From the NCBI GenBank assembly GCA_022776215.1, contig JALFIR010000017.1, positions 5,836 through 69,835 of the forward strand: 64,000 nt of DNA, written 5' to 3'. The translations under genes and the position numbers were made by a program. The notes under the pieces were generated by a model, which worked only from the letters and a program-made list of their open reading frames with translations, was not told where the DNA came from and made no database searches. Position 1 is the stretch's first letter. Each line of letters starts with the position of its first letter. The DNA comes from Solobacterium sp. GTDB lineage: Bacteria > Bacillota_I > Bacilli_A > Erysipelotrichales > Erysipelotrichaceae. Of the stretch, positions 53,119-61,193 are shown one piece after another.

Positions 53119-53469
53119 ATGCCTAATAGTTCAATGTTACAAGTAAGAACAAATCCAATTGATAAAGAAAAAGCCAGTGCTATTTTAGAATCACTTGGTA
53201 CTAACTTATCAACTGTTGTTAATATGCTTATCAAACAAATAATAATTACTGAGAGTATTCCTTTTGAAATTAAGCTTAATAATTCTCCATATACAACTCA
53301 AGAAAGTATCGAGGAAACTAAAGCTACTATGGCTTTTGAAAGTATGCATCTATCTAATGTATGGGTTGATCAATTAAAAGAATATGCTTTGGGAAACATC
53401 TCAGGAGATGAACTACGTAAAAAAGTAATAGATACTATCTCTGATTCTGATATTAAGAAAGATTTATAA
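53119..53469 (+). CDS. Antitoxin: RelB/DinJ-like DNA-binding domain fused to a VbhA-type Fic-inhibitory domain
   Basis: The N-terminus LQVRTNPIDKEKASAILESLGTNLSTVVNMLIKQI is DinJ/RelB-like. The C-terminus KATMAFESMHLS...YALGNISGDEL is VbhA-like (TxxxE motif). Strong SD AAAGGAGGA. Confidence 0.65.
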   Translation: MPNSSMLQVRTNPIDKEKASAILESLGTNLSTVVNMLIKQIIITESIPFEIKLNNSPYTTQESIEETKATMAFESMHLSNVWVDQLKEYALGNISGDELRKKVIDTISDSDIKKDL

Positions 53470-53470
53470 T

Positions 53471-54049
53471 ATGGCTGATTCGATTTATTGTTACAAAAAT
53501 ACAAGCATTCTCAAAAACAAATTCAATATTATTAATCCAGAAAAATTAAATCAGGTAGAAAGGGAATTGACTTCAATTAGAGTCTATGATCTTATCCGTA
53601 AGCCTATAAAAGGCAATTTTGATTTTAAACATCTTTGTGCAATTCATTTCTATATTTTCCAAGATATATATGAATGGGCTGGGGTTCCTAGAAAAACAAA
53701 TATCGCAAAAGCTAATATGTTTTGTAATGTGATGTTTTTATACGAACAAGCTGAAGAGGTCTTTGGTGCAATTAAAGATGATAATTATTTAAGAGGACTT
53801 CCTTATGATGAATTTGTAAAAAGATTAGTGTTCCACTTTTCCAACATAAATGCTTTGCATCCTTTTAGAGAAGGCAACGGAAGAAGTCAACGTGAATTCA
53901 TTAGAGAATTAGCTCTTTATAATGATTATGTAATTAATTTCTCTTTGGCTAGCGAAGAAGAAATGCTTAATGCTAGTATAGATTCATTTTTGTGTAAATA
54001 CGAAAAAATGGAAGTTTTATTCAAAAAGTGTTTAAGGCCTATTAAATAG
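53471..54049 (+). CDS. Fic toxin (class I, FicT/VbhT-like)
   Basis: HPFREGNGRSQREF with no internal inhibitory motif. Starts 1 nt after the antitoxin stop. Confidence 0.8.
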   Translation: MADSIYCYKNTSILKNKFNIINPEKLNQVERELTSIRVYDLIRKPIKGNFDFKHLCAIHFYIFQDIYEWAGVPRKTNIAKANMFCNVMFLYEQAEEVFGAIKDDNYLRGLPYDEFVKRLVFHFSNINALHPFREGNGRSQREFIRELALYNDYVINFSLASEEEMLNASIDSFLCKYEKMEVLFKKCLRPIK

Positions 54050-54126
54050 TCAATTATTTTGTTCCAATAGTTAATGACTGTAGCTGAAAGAATAAAGCCT
54101 TTAATTTGTGCAAATATTAGCTTGTT

Positions 54127-54135
54127 TGTTATAAT
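54127..54135 (+). promoter_or_regulatory. Extended -10 promoter element TGtTATAAT
   Basis: TG at 54127-54128 and TATAAT at 54130-54135, followed by SD GGAGG (54154-54158) and the ATG at 54166. Confidence 0.5.
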
Positions 54136-54165
54136 TAAATGGCGAATATATTCGGAGGTTTTATT

Positions 54166-55713
54166 ATGGCTAGACTTACACGTACACAGAAATTTGCAGC
54201 TTTAAGAGAGGAGTTGGCAAATAGCTGTGAACAAACAACTGTTAATAATGACTTAAATAAATATCAAGATAAATTAAATTCTTTACAAAGTGCTTCCGAG
54301 AATGTAGAGAAGAAGGAAGAGTATGATATTAAGGTTGAACCACTTCCTACGTTTAATGAAGTGAAGGAAGAAGTTAAGGAAGAAGAAAAGAAGGTGGAGA
54401 ATGATTTCTTTGCGGACTTTAACTTGGATAGTATTAATGAGGCTATTGATAAAATTGTTAAGCAGAATGTAGAGATTATTGATAATAGCGATAATAATGA
54501 TAATAAGGTAGAGGAAAAAGAGCCTGTAGTTGAAGAAGTAAAACCTGTTGAAGTAGAAAATACTAATAGTTTGATTGATCAAACATTAGATGAGTTAACT
54601 GAAGTTATTGGAGAGATTGAGGAAAAGGTTGAGCCTGAGGTTGAGGTTGAACTTGTTACTGAGGAAGAACCAATTGTCGTTCCTGAAAGAATTGAAGAAC
54701 CTTATAACTATATTGAACAAGATTATGCAGATATTGCAGAACTATTAAAGAAAGAGGTTCTTGAACTTAATGGTCCTGTAGAACCAGTAAAGGAAGAAGA
54801 GGAAGTAATTATTGAACCTGAGCTTAAAGAGCTTACTAATCTTGATACATTGATTGATGGACTTGTTGTTGAAGAAGAAATCGCATTACCTAATTTGGAT
54901 ATTCCTGAGGTAAATGAAATTGTTGAGGAAGAACCAAGTGTTGAGTCTGAGATTGTATTACCTGATTTAGATATTCCTGAGGTTGATGAATTGATTGAGA
55001 AACCAAGTGTTGAAGAGGTTCCTGAATTAGTTAAACAACCAATAGCAAGTGAAAATGTCGCACTTCCTGAGGTTGATGCTCCAAAGATTGATGAACCAGT
55101 TGTTGAAGAACCAAGTGTTGATCCTAGTGATGTAGATGTTAATAGCTTGTTGGATAAGACTTTGGAAGAGGTTGCTGATTATAATACACAGGCTGGTCGT
55201 TTGACTGTTGATGAGAATCTTAATAGTTTAATTGAAGATGTTAGACACGGCGGCTTTAATGATGATGAAGAGGATGACGATTTCTCTAATACTGTAACTT
55301 TAGAGATTGATAAGGTTTTAAGTGAGATTAATTTGGAGCCTGTTACTGGTCCTACAGTTAGTTTGGATGAGGTTTTAGATAATACTGTTGAAGTTGATCC
55401 GATTGATGCAAAGCGTGAAAAGGCTGCTGAGAAGTTGGCCGATACATTAACGCATCCAGTTTTGACTAAGACTTTAGAGGAGAGTCCTGTTGAGATTAAG
55501 ACACTTGATGAGACTTTTACTAAGGATTTAAGCACTACTGCTACATTGTCTTTTAAGAAGAATGAGATTGCTGAAGATGATGATGATTATTACTATGATG
55601 ATGATAAGCCTAATAAGGTTTTGAATGTTGTGTTGATTGTTCTTCTAGTAATTTTCTTGATTATTGTTGGTGTTATTGTTTATTTCTTGTTGTTGGCAAA
55701 GGGTATTCTATAG
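54166..55713 (+). CDS. Highly acidic, repetitive, C-terminally membrane-anchored protein (hypothetical)
   Basis: E/D/V/P-rich with repeats LP(N/D)LDIPEV(N/D)E and a single C-terminal TM (VLNVVLIVLLVIFLIIVGVIVYFLLL). The start was trimmed to MARLTRTQKF after GGAGG. Confidence 0.6.
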   Translation: MARLTRTQKFAALREELANSCEQTTVNNDLNKYQDKLNSLQSASENVEKKEEYDIKVEPLPTFNEVKEEVKEEEKKVENDFFADFNLDSINEAIDKIVKQNVEIIDNSDNNDNKVEEKEPVVEEVKPVEVENTNSLIDQTLDELTEVIGEIEEKVEPEVEVELVTEEEPIVVPERIEEPYNYIEQDYADIAELLKKEVLELNGPVEPVKEEEEVIIEPELKELTNLDTLIDGLVVEEEIALPNLDIPEVNEIVEEEPSVESEIVLPDLDIPEVDELIEKPSVEEVPELVKQPIASENVALPEVDAPKIDEPVVEEPSVDPSDVDVNSLLDKTLEEVADYNTQAGRLTVDENLNSLIEDVRHGGFNDDEEDDDFSNTVTLEIDKVLSEINLEPVTGPTVSLDEVLDNTVEVDPIDAKREKAAEKLADTLTHPVLTKTLEESPVEIKTLDETFTKDLSTTATLSFKKNEIAEDDDDYYYDDDKPNKVLNVVLIVLLVIFLIIVGVIVYFLLLAKGIL

Positions 55714-55716
55714 AGT

Positions 55717-56373
55717 ATGAAAATTAATATAGCGATTGATGGCCCAAGTGGTGCTGGTAAGAGTACTATTGCGGACTTGGTGGCAGAGAAGCTTTCTTAT
55801 GTTCATTTGGATACTGGGGCTATGTATCGTTCTGTAGCTTACGCAGTTTTGAAGAATGGTTTGTCTTTTGATGATGAAAAGAATGTTTCTTCTTTGGTTC
55901 AAAATGATTTTGATCTAAAGATGGATGGCAAGTCTGTTGTCTTAAATGGTGAAGATATTACTGATAAGATAAGAACTAATGAGATTTCGATGGCTGCTAG
56001 TAATGTTTCTAAGTTAAGTGGCGTCAGAAGTGCTTTGGTAGCTGCTCAAAGAAGGATTGCGGCTAGTAAGGGTTATATCTTAGATGGAAGAGATATTTGT
56101 GATGTTGTGTTGCCTGATGCTGAGGTTAAGGTTTTTTTGACTGCTAGTGCTGAAGATAGAGCAAGAAGAAGGCTTGAGCAAAATAAAGAAAAGGGTATTA
56201 TTGATGATTATGACAAGATCTTAGAAGAGATTAAGAAAAGGGATTACCAAGATAGTCATCGTGCTTTTTCTCCACTTAAGGCAAGTGATGATGCGACAAT
56301 TATTGATTCTTCTGATAAGAGTGTTGATGAAGTTGTGAATATGATTTTAGATCTTGTCTATAAGAAGATCTAG
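55717..56373 (+). CDS. cmk: Cytidylate kinase
   Basis: IAIDGPSGAGKST and LDTGAMYR. Confidence 0.95.
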   Translation: MKINIAIDGPSGAGKSTIADLVAEKLSYVHLDTGAMYRSVAYAVLKNGLSFDDEKNVSSLVQNDFDLKMDGKSVVLNGEDITDKIRTNEISMAASNVSKLSGVRSALVAAQRRIAASKGYILDGRDICDVVLPDAEVKVFLTASAEDRARRRLEQNKEKGIIDDYDKILEEIKKRDYQDSHRAFSPLKASDDATIIDSSDKSVDEVVNMILDLVYKKI

Positions 56374-56388
56374 GAAAGGGGCAAGTTT

Positions 56389-57699
56389 ATGATAGATGGT
56401 ACTATTGCGATTGTTGGTAGGCCTAATGTTGGTAAGTCAACCGTTTTTAATCGTATGCTTGAGAAGAGACTTTCTATCGTTGAGGATACTCCGGGTGTTA
56501 CAAGAGATAGAATTTATGGCGATTGTCTATGGTTGAATAAGACTTTTAGATTAATTGATACAGGTGGCATTGAGTTACGTGATGTTCCTTTTCAAAAGGA
56601 GATTCAGGCTCAGGTTGATATTGCGATTGATGAGGCTGATGTTATTATCTTTTTGGTTAGTGGTAAAGAGGGTTTAACTAATGATGATACATTTATTGCT
56701 AAACAATTGCGTAAGAGTAAGAAACCAATTCTTTTGGGTGTTAATAAGATAGATGATTTTGATAAGATTGATAATATCTATGAATTCTATAATCTAGGAT
56801 TAGGCGATCCTATTCCTGTGAGTGGTTCTCATGGTATTGGTATTGGAGATTTGTTGGATAAGGCAACTACTTTGATGCCTGAGAAACAAAAGGATGATTA
56901 TGATGGCATGATTAAGTTTGCCATTATTGGCAGACCCAATGTTGGTAAGTCTAGTTTAACTAATGCGTTTTTGAATTCAGAGAGAGTAATTGTTTCTGAT
57001 ATTGAAGGAACAACTAGAGATGCAATTGATACGGTCTTTAATGCGAATGATAAGTCTTATGTTGTTATTGATACGGCAGGTATTCGTAAAAGAGGTAAGA
57101 TTTATGAGAATGTCGAGAAGTATTCTATTCTAAGGGCTAAGGCGGCTATTGATAGAGCTGATGTAGTGTTAGTGGTTATTGATGGTGGTGTTGGTATTAT
57201 TGAACAGGATAAGCATGTTGCAGGTTTGGCTCATGAGGCTAATAAGGGTGTTATTCTTGTTTATAACAAGTGGGATCTTGTTGATAAGGATGAGAAGACG
57301 ATGGCTAATATTACCAAGGAAATTAGAGAGCAGTTTGCTTATTTGGATTATGCACCGATTGCGTTTGTTAGTGCTAAAGAAAATAAGCGTGTTAATACTT
57401 TACTTCCTTTGATTGATCAAGTATATCAAAATGTTAATTTAAGAATTAAGACTAATGTCTTGAATGAGGTTATTATGGATGCGCAATTAGCTAATCCTGC
57501 TAAGCCTCATAATGGCCGTTTGTTTAAGATTTATTATGCTTCACAAGTGTCTGTGGCACCTTGTGTTATTGTATTGTTTGTCAATGATGTGGAACTTTTC
57601 CACTTCTCATATAAGCGTTATTTGGAGAATAAACTAAGAGAAGCTTTTGGTTTTGAGGGTGTTCCTATAACGATTGTTGCACGTAAAAAAGAGTCTTAA
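56389..57699 (+). CDS. der: Ribosome-associated GTPase Der (EngA)
   Basis: Two G domains (GRPNVGKST, GRPNVGKSS; DTGG/DTAG; NKID/NKWD) plus a KH-like C-terminus. Confidence 0.95.
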   Translation: MIDGTIAIVGRPNVGKSTVFNRMLEKRLSIVEDTPGVTRDRIYGDCLWLNKTFRLIDTGGIELRDVPFQKEIQAQVDIAIDEADVIIFLVSGKEGLTNDDTFIAKQLRKSKKPILLGVNKIDDFDKIDNIYEFYNLGLGDPIPVSGSHGIGIGDLLDKATTLMPEKQKDDYDGMIKFAIIGRPNVGKSSLTNAFLNSERVIVSDIEGTTRDAIDTVFNANDKSYVVIDTAGIRKRGKIYENVEKYSILRAKAAIDRADVVLVVIDGGVGIIEQDKHVAGLAHEANKGVILVYNKWDLVDKDEKTMANITKEIREQFAYLDYAPIAFVSAKENKRVNTLLPLIDQVYQNVNLRIKTNVLNEVIMDAQLANPAKPHNGRLFKIYYASQVSVAPCVIVLFVNDVELFHFSYKRYLENKLREAFGFEGVPITIVARKKES

Positions 57700-58235
57700 T
57701 GTTAGAATTATTTATTGTATTTTTCAAGATTGGTCTTTTTACTTTTGGTGGTGGTTTAGCTATGATTTCAATAGTAGAGGATCAATGTGTAAATAAGTAT
57801 AAGTGGCTTACTAGTAAGGAAATGGATGAACTTGTTATTGTGGCTGAGTCTACTCCAGGTCCTATTGCGATTAATTGTGCTACTTATACTGGTTATAAGA
57901 CTAAGGGCTTACTGGGGGCAATAGTAGCTACAACGGCTATTTCCTTGCCTTCTTTTTTAATTATTTATTTTATTTCTACTGTTTTGGATAATTTTTTAGA
58001 AATTAAACTAATCTCATATGCCTTTATGGGCATAAAAATAGCTGTGTCTTATTTGATTCTTGACGTTGGTATTAAGATGGCTCTTAAGTTGGATAAGTCT
58101 TATTTTAAGTATCTTGTGGTGTTAATTTCTTTTTTAACCTTATTTATTATTAATGTAAAGAGTTTGTCTGTTTCTTCAGTATTAATAATCTTGTTTGGTA
58201 CTTTGGTTAACCTGTTATATGAGGTGAAGAAATGA
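57699..58235 (+). CDS. Chromate transporter (CHR) family protein, short-chain half 1
   Basis: FGGGLAMI and AESTPGPIAIN. Confidence 0.8.
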   Translation: MLELFIVFFKIGLFTFGGGLAMISIVEDQCVNKYKWLTSKEMDELVIVAESTPGPIAINCATYTGYKTKGLLGAIVATTAISLPSFLIIYFISTVLDNFLEIKLISYAFMGIKIAVSYLILDVGIKMALKLDKSYFKYLVVLISFLTLFIINVKSLSVSSVLIILFGTLVNLLYEVKK

Positions 58236-58780
58236 TTTACTTAAGATTGTTTATTGAGTTTCTTAAAGTTGGTTTCTTTTCTTTTGGAGGAGGCTATGGT
58301 GCGGTAGCTATTATTAGAGATGTGGTTATTTCTAATAATTGGCTAACCGATGATGGTTTGGCTTATATGATAGCTTTATCAGAGTCTACCCCTGGTCCTA
58401 TTATGGTTAATTTAGCTACTTATGTTGGCAGTGTTAATGGTGGCTTATTGGGTGCTTTAGTAGCTACAATCGGTGTTATTTTTCCCGCATTCATAATTAT
58501 TATTCTAGTGGTCAAAGTACTTAGTTCTATTATGAATAATAAGTATTTTAAATATATTATGGATGGGGCGATATTGGCGGTAATTGGTATTATTTTGGCT
58601 ACTGGTTTGTTTATGTTGATGGAGAATAATAGCATGATAGAGATTGTTATTTCCATTATCTTATTATTCACTTTATTGGTTGTTAAAGTTAAGAAAATAA
58701 AATTAAACCCAATAATGTTTATTTGTTATTCGGCTATGATTGGAGTTATAGTTAATATAGTTATACAAAGGGTGTTGTGA
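58232..58780 (+). CDS. Chromate transporter (CHR) family protein, short-chain half 2
   Basis: FGGGYGAV and SESTPGPIMVN. 4-nt overlap with half 1. Confidence 0.8.
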   Translation: MIYLRLFIEFLKVGFFSFGGGYGAVAIIRDVVISNNWLTDDGLAYMIALSESTPGPIMVNLATYVGSVNGGLLGALVATIGVIFPAFIIIILVVKVLSSIMNNKYFKYIMDGAILAVIGIILATGLFMLMENNSMIEIVISIILLFTLLVVKVKKIKLNPIMFICYSAMIGVIVNIVIQRVL

Positions 58781-59589
58781 TGAAAAAGAAGAATAATAGT
58801 TTAATTTATGTAGCTATAGTAGTATTATCAATCTTATTGGTTTTTGGTATTGTGATTTTGGTGTTTGATCCTTTTTCTTTCTTTGCGAAAGAGGAAAATG
58901 AAGTAGTTGAAAACAACAATAATAAGGTTACTGAAGTAGTAGATAAAAAAGAAAAAGCTTTAGTTAATACATTATGGGAGACTAATAGAATTAAGTCAGA
59001 TGATTATGTGGGTACTATTACTTTTGAGTCTGGTTTAATTGATCTTCCTTTTGTACAAGGCAGTGACAACAATACTTATTACCGTACTGATTGGGAGACC
59101 ATGAAATATGATGAGGAGGGTTCAATTTTTTTGGATTCTTCTAATACTTTAGATGATCAAAATTTAATAATTATTGGACACTATGTTTATGCAAGTTATG
59201 ATGCCAGTGGTACTCATAAGTTTACTCCTTTGGCTAAGCTTGTTGATAAAGATAATTATGAGGCTAATAAGTACGTTAAGTTGTACTTTAAGGATGAAGT
59301 TAGAAGATATGAGATTGCTTATGTTTATTATTGTGAGTTAATTGAGGATGAATATGAGGGTGAGAAGTTTTATTATACTAATGATGGTTTTGAATTCTAT
59401 TATCCAAATTATACAGAGGAACAATTTGATAAATATATTGATACTGTAAAGAAGAACGCTTTCTATGATACAGGTGTTAGTGTTGATTATAATGATAAGC
59501 TTTTAACACTTCAAACTTGTGTTGAAAACCATAGTGAATTAAGAGAAATTGTGCTATTAAAAGAAGTAAGTAGAACTTCATATAATTAA
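58777..59589 (+). CDS. srtB: Class B sortase
   Basis: N-terminal TM anchor, DYVGTITFESGLIDLPFVQGSDNNTYY, and the catalytic LTLQTC. Confidence 0.8.
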   Translation: MMKKKNNSLIYVAIVVLSILLVFGIVILVFDPFSFFAKEENEVVENNNNKVTEVVDKKEKALVNTLWETNRIKSDDYVGTITFESGLIDLPFVQGSDNNTYYRTDWETMKYDEEGSIFLDSSNTLDDQNLIIIGHYVYASYDASGTHKFTPLAKLVDKDNYEANKYVKLYFKDEVRRYEIAYVYYCELIEDEYEGEKFYYTNDGFEFYYPNYTEEQFDKYIDTVKKNAFYDTGVSVDYNDKLLTLQTCVENHSELREIVLLKEVSRTSYN

Positions 59590-59590
59590 C

Positions 59591-59622
59591 ATAAAAACTA
59601 GTAGGTTTCTACTAGTTTTTAT
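59591..59622. terminator. Bidirectional terminator between the sortase and radical SAM genes
   Basis: ATAAAAACTAGTA (59591-59603) pairs with TACTAGTTTTTAT (59610-59622). Confidence 0.7.
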
Positions 59623-60985
59623 GTCCTTCTTCAATCCAAAGCTTATCAGCAGTTGGTTTCCAATTAGATGCATAAGCAGTACATTTACTACATAGATGAT
59701 TAACATCTTCAGGAGATTCTAGGTCAGTAGATTTAGCTCCTGTTTCTTTTACTAGTTTAGGTAGTATATCAGGGTTTTCCAACATAGGACATGGTCTTAG
59801 ATGATTGTTATTAAATGGCTGTCCCTTACGATATGCTTTAAATAGGGGCTGTTTTAGACAGTCAATAAATGACATATCATGGATATTAGCTCCTGAGTAA
59901 TGGATGAATACGCATGGTTCTACATCACCTGCTGCGTTGATATGACAATAGATCTTTCCACCTGCAATACATCCTTGAGTAAATTCACCATCGTTTTGGA
60001 AGTCAATCGCAAAGATTTCCTTACCACCTTCTAGTCCTCTTATTTCTCTTACTTTATCTTTCATGTAAGCTCTTTGTTCTGGACTTAGTAATAATTCAGT
60101 GCTTGCATTGTTGCCTACTGGCATATAGTGGAAGTACCAGGCAAAGATACATCCTTTATCAATAATCATGTCTAGGAATTCATCACTTGTTACTACTTGG
60201 TAGTTTTTTGAAGTATAACAGATGCTTACGCCAAATGGAATCTTATTAGCTTTTAATAGATCCATAGCTTCCATAGCTTTTTGGAAGTGTCCGTTTCCTC
60301 TTCTTCCATCATTTGCATCCTCAAATCCTTCAATGGAAATTGATACCATGAAGTTACCAACTCTTAACATTTCATCACAAAATTCTTGATCAATTAATGT
60401 ACCGTTAGTAAATGCGTGAAAGGCTACATCTCTATGTTTCTCGCATAGTTTTATTATGTCTTTTTTTCTAACCAATGGTTCACCACCTGTAAATAGACAT
60501 GCATGAGTGCCATAAGGTTTAGCCTCTGTTAACACTCTGTCCATGTCTTCAAAAGATAGATTTTGTTTATGGCCATATTCTGCTGCCCAACAGCCAGTAC
60601 AGTGCATATTGCATGCACTAGTTGGATCCATTAGGATTAGCCATGGAATGTTGATGTCTAGTTTTTCAGCATTCTTTTGAGCTTCTTGATAGCCTCTAAA
60701 ACCACCTTCATAGGCTGCATTTAACAAGAAAGTTTTTAGATAGAAAGGGTCAGAATTTTTAATTACTCTATTTAAGTAGTGAGCCCACTTACCATCTTTA
60801 TTCTTGGTTAAACTATGAAGCATTTCAAAAGATTCATCACTCCAAGTTCCTTTTAAAATAAATTCCATTTTAGAAAATAATGAATCGATTGAATCCATGA
60901 CATCATGGTCTTGTCCTTGTTTAATAACATTATCAAGGATAGACTCAAATGCTTTTCTCTCTATACTGTGTTGTAACTTATTCAT
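59612..60985 (-). CDS. Radical SAM protein with C-terminal Cys-rich (SPASM-like) domain and ~115-aa N-terminal extension
   Basis: DPTSACNMHCTGCWAAEY (CxxxCxxC), FTGGEP, and the C-terminal CIAGGKIYCHINAAGDVEPCVF...RPCPM. The start was trimmed to MNKLQH after AAGGATGGTG. Confidence 0.8.
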   Translation of the reverse strand: MNKLQHSIERKAFESILDNVIKQGQDHDVMDSIDSLFSKMEFILKGTWSDESFEMLHSLTKNKDGKWAHYLNRVIKNSDPFYLKTFLLNAAYEGGFRGYQEAQKNAEKLDINIPWLILMDPTSACNMHCTGCWAAEYGHKQNLSFEDMDRVLTEAKPYGTHACLFTGGEPLVRKKDIIKLCEKHRDVAFHAFTNGTLIDQEFCDEMLRVGNFMVSISIEGFEDANDGRRGNGHFQKAMEAMDLLKANKIPFGVSICYTSKNYQVVTSDEFLDMIIDKGCIFAWYFHYMPVGNNASTELLLSPEQRAYMKDKVREIRGLEGGKEIFAIDFQNDGEFTQGCIAGGKIYCHINAAGDVEPCVFIHYSGANIHDMSFIDCLKQPLFKAYRKGQPFNNNHLRPCPMLENPDILPKLVKETGAKSTDLESPEDVNHLCSKCTAYASNWKPTADKLWIEEGHKN

Positions 60986-61193
60986 AATAGTCACCATCCT
61001 TAATGTCATTGTATTTTTAAAGTTAAAACTGGGTGTTAATGATTATTTTAGAATTGTCCAAAATTGAATGAATTATAAAAATTATATTAAAATTATGCAA
61101 AAGCCAATATATTGGTTACCCTTGAGTTTCTTTGATAAAATATATGTGTGCGTTTAATTATAAACAAACTAATTAACGATAAAGGGGAATAAT

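Noticed and set aside
57699-58780. The two short chromate-transporter genes, considered as a split (pseudogenised) chrA.
   Set aside because: Paired short-chain CHR genes with a 4-nt overlap are a common intact arrangement. Both halves keep the FGGG and ESTPGP motifs and full-length TM content.
58777-59589. A search for a sortase B substrate (NPxTN/LPxTG plus hydrophobic tail and basic end) near srtB, including the acidic protein at 54166-55713.
   Set aside because: No ORF in the window ends with a sorting signal. The acidic protein has a plain C-terminal TM without the motif. Substrates are presumably encoded elsewhere, so no claim is made.
12812-61009. 5' extensions of track ORFs using upstream ATG, GTG or TTG codons. 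The track starts are 5129, 9115, 12868, 16196, 21434, 21465, 30648, 31002, 40884, 42971, 44067, 46676, 49634, 54139 and 61009.
   Set aside because: The extensions run through promoters, terminators or neighbouring genes and add non-conserved residues. Internal ATGs with an SD or with the -10-N6-ATG geometry give N-termini that match the families.
61095-61157. A 20-aa ORF (MQKPIYWLPLSFFDKIYVCV) next to the radical SAM gene, considered as a possible RiPP precursor.
   Set aside because: It is on the opposite strand to the enzyme. It has no SD, no -10-N6 geometry and no recognisable leader/core organisation. It is probably chance in an AT-rich spacer.
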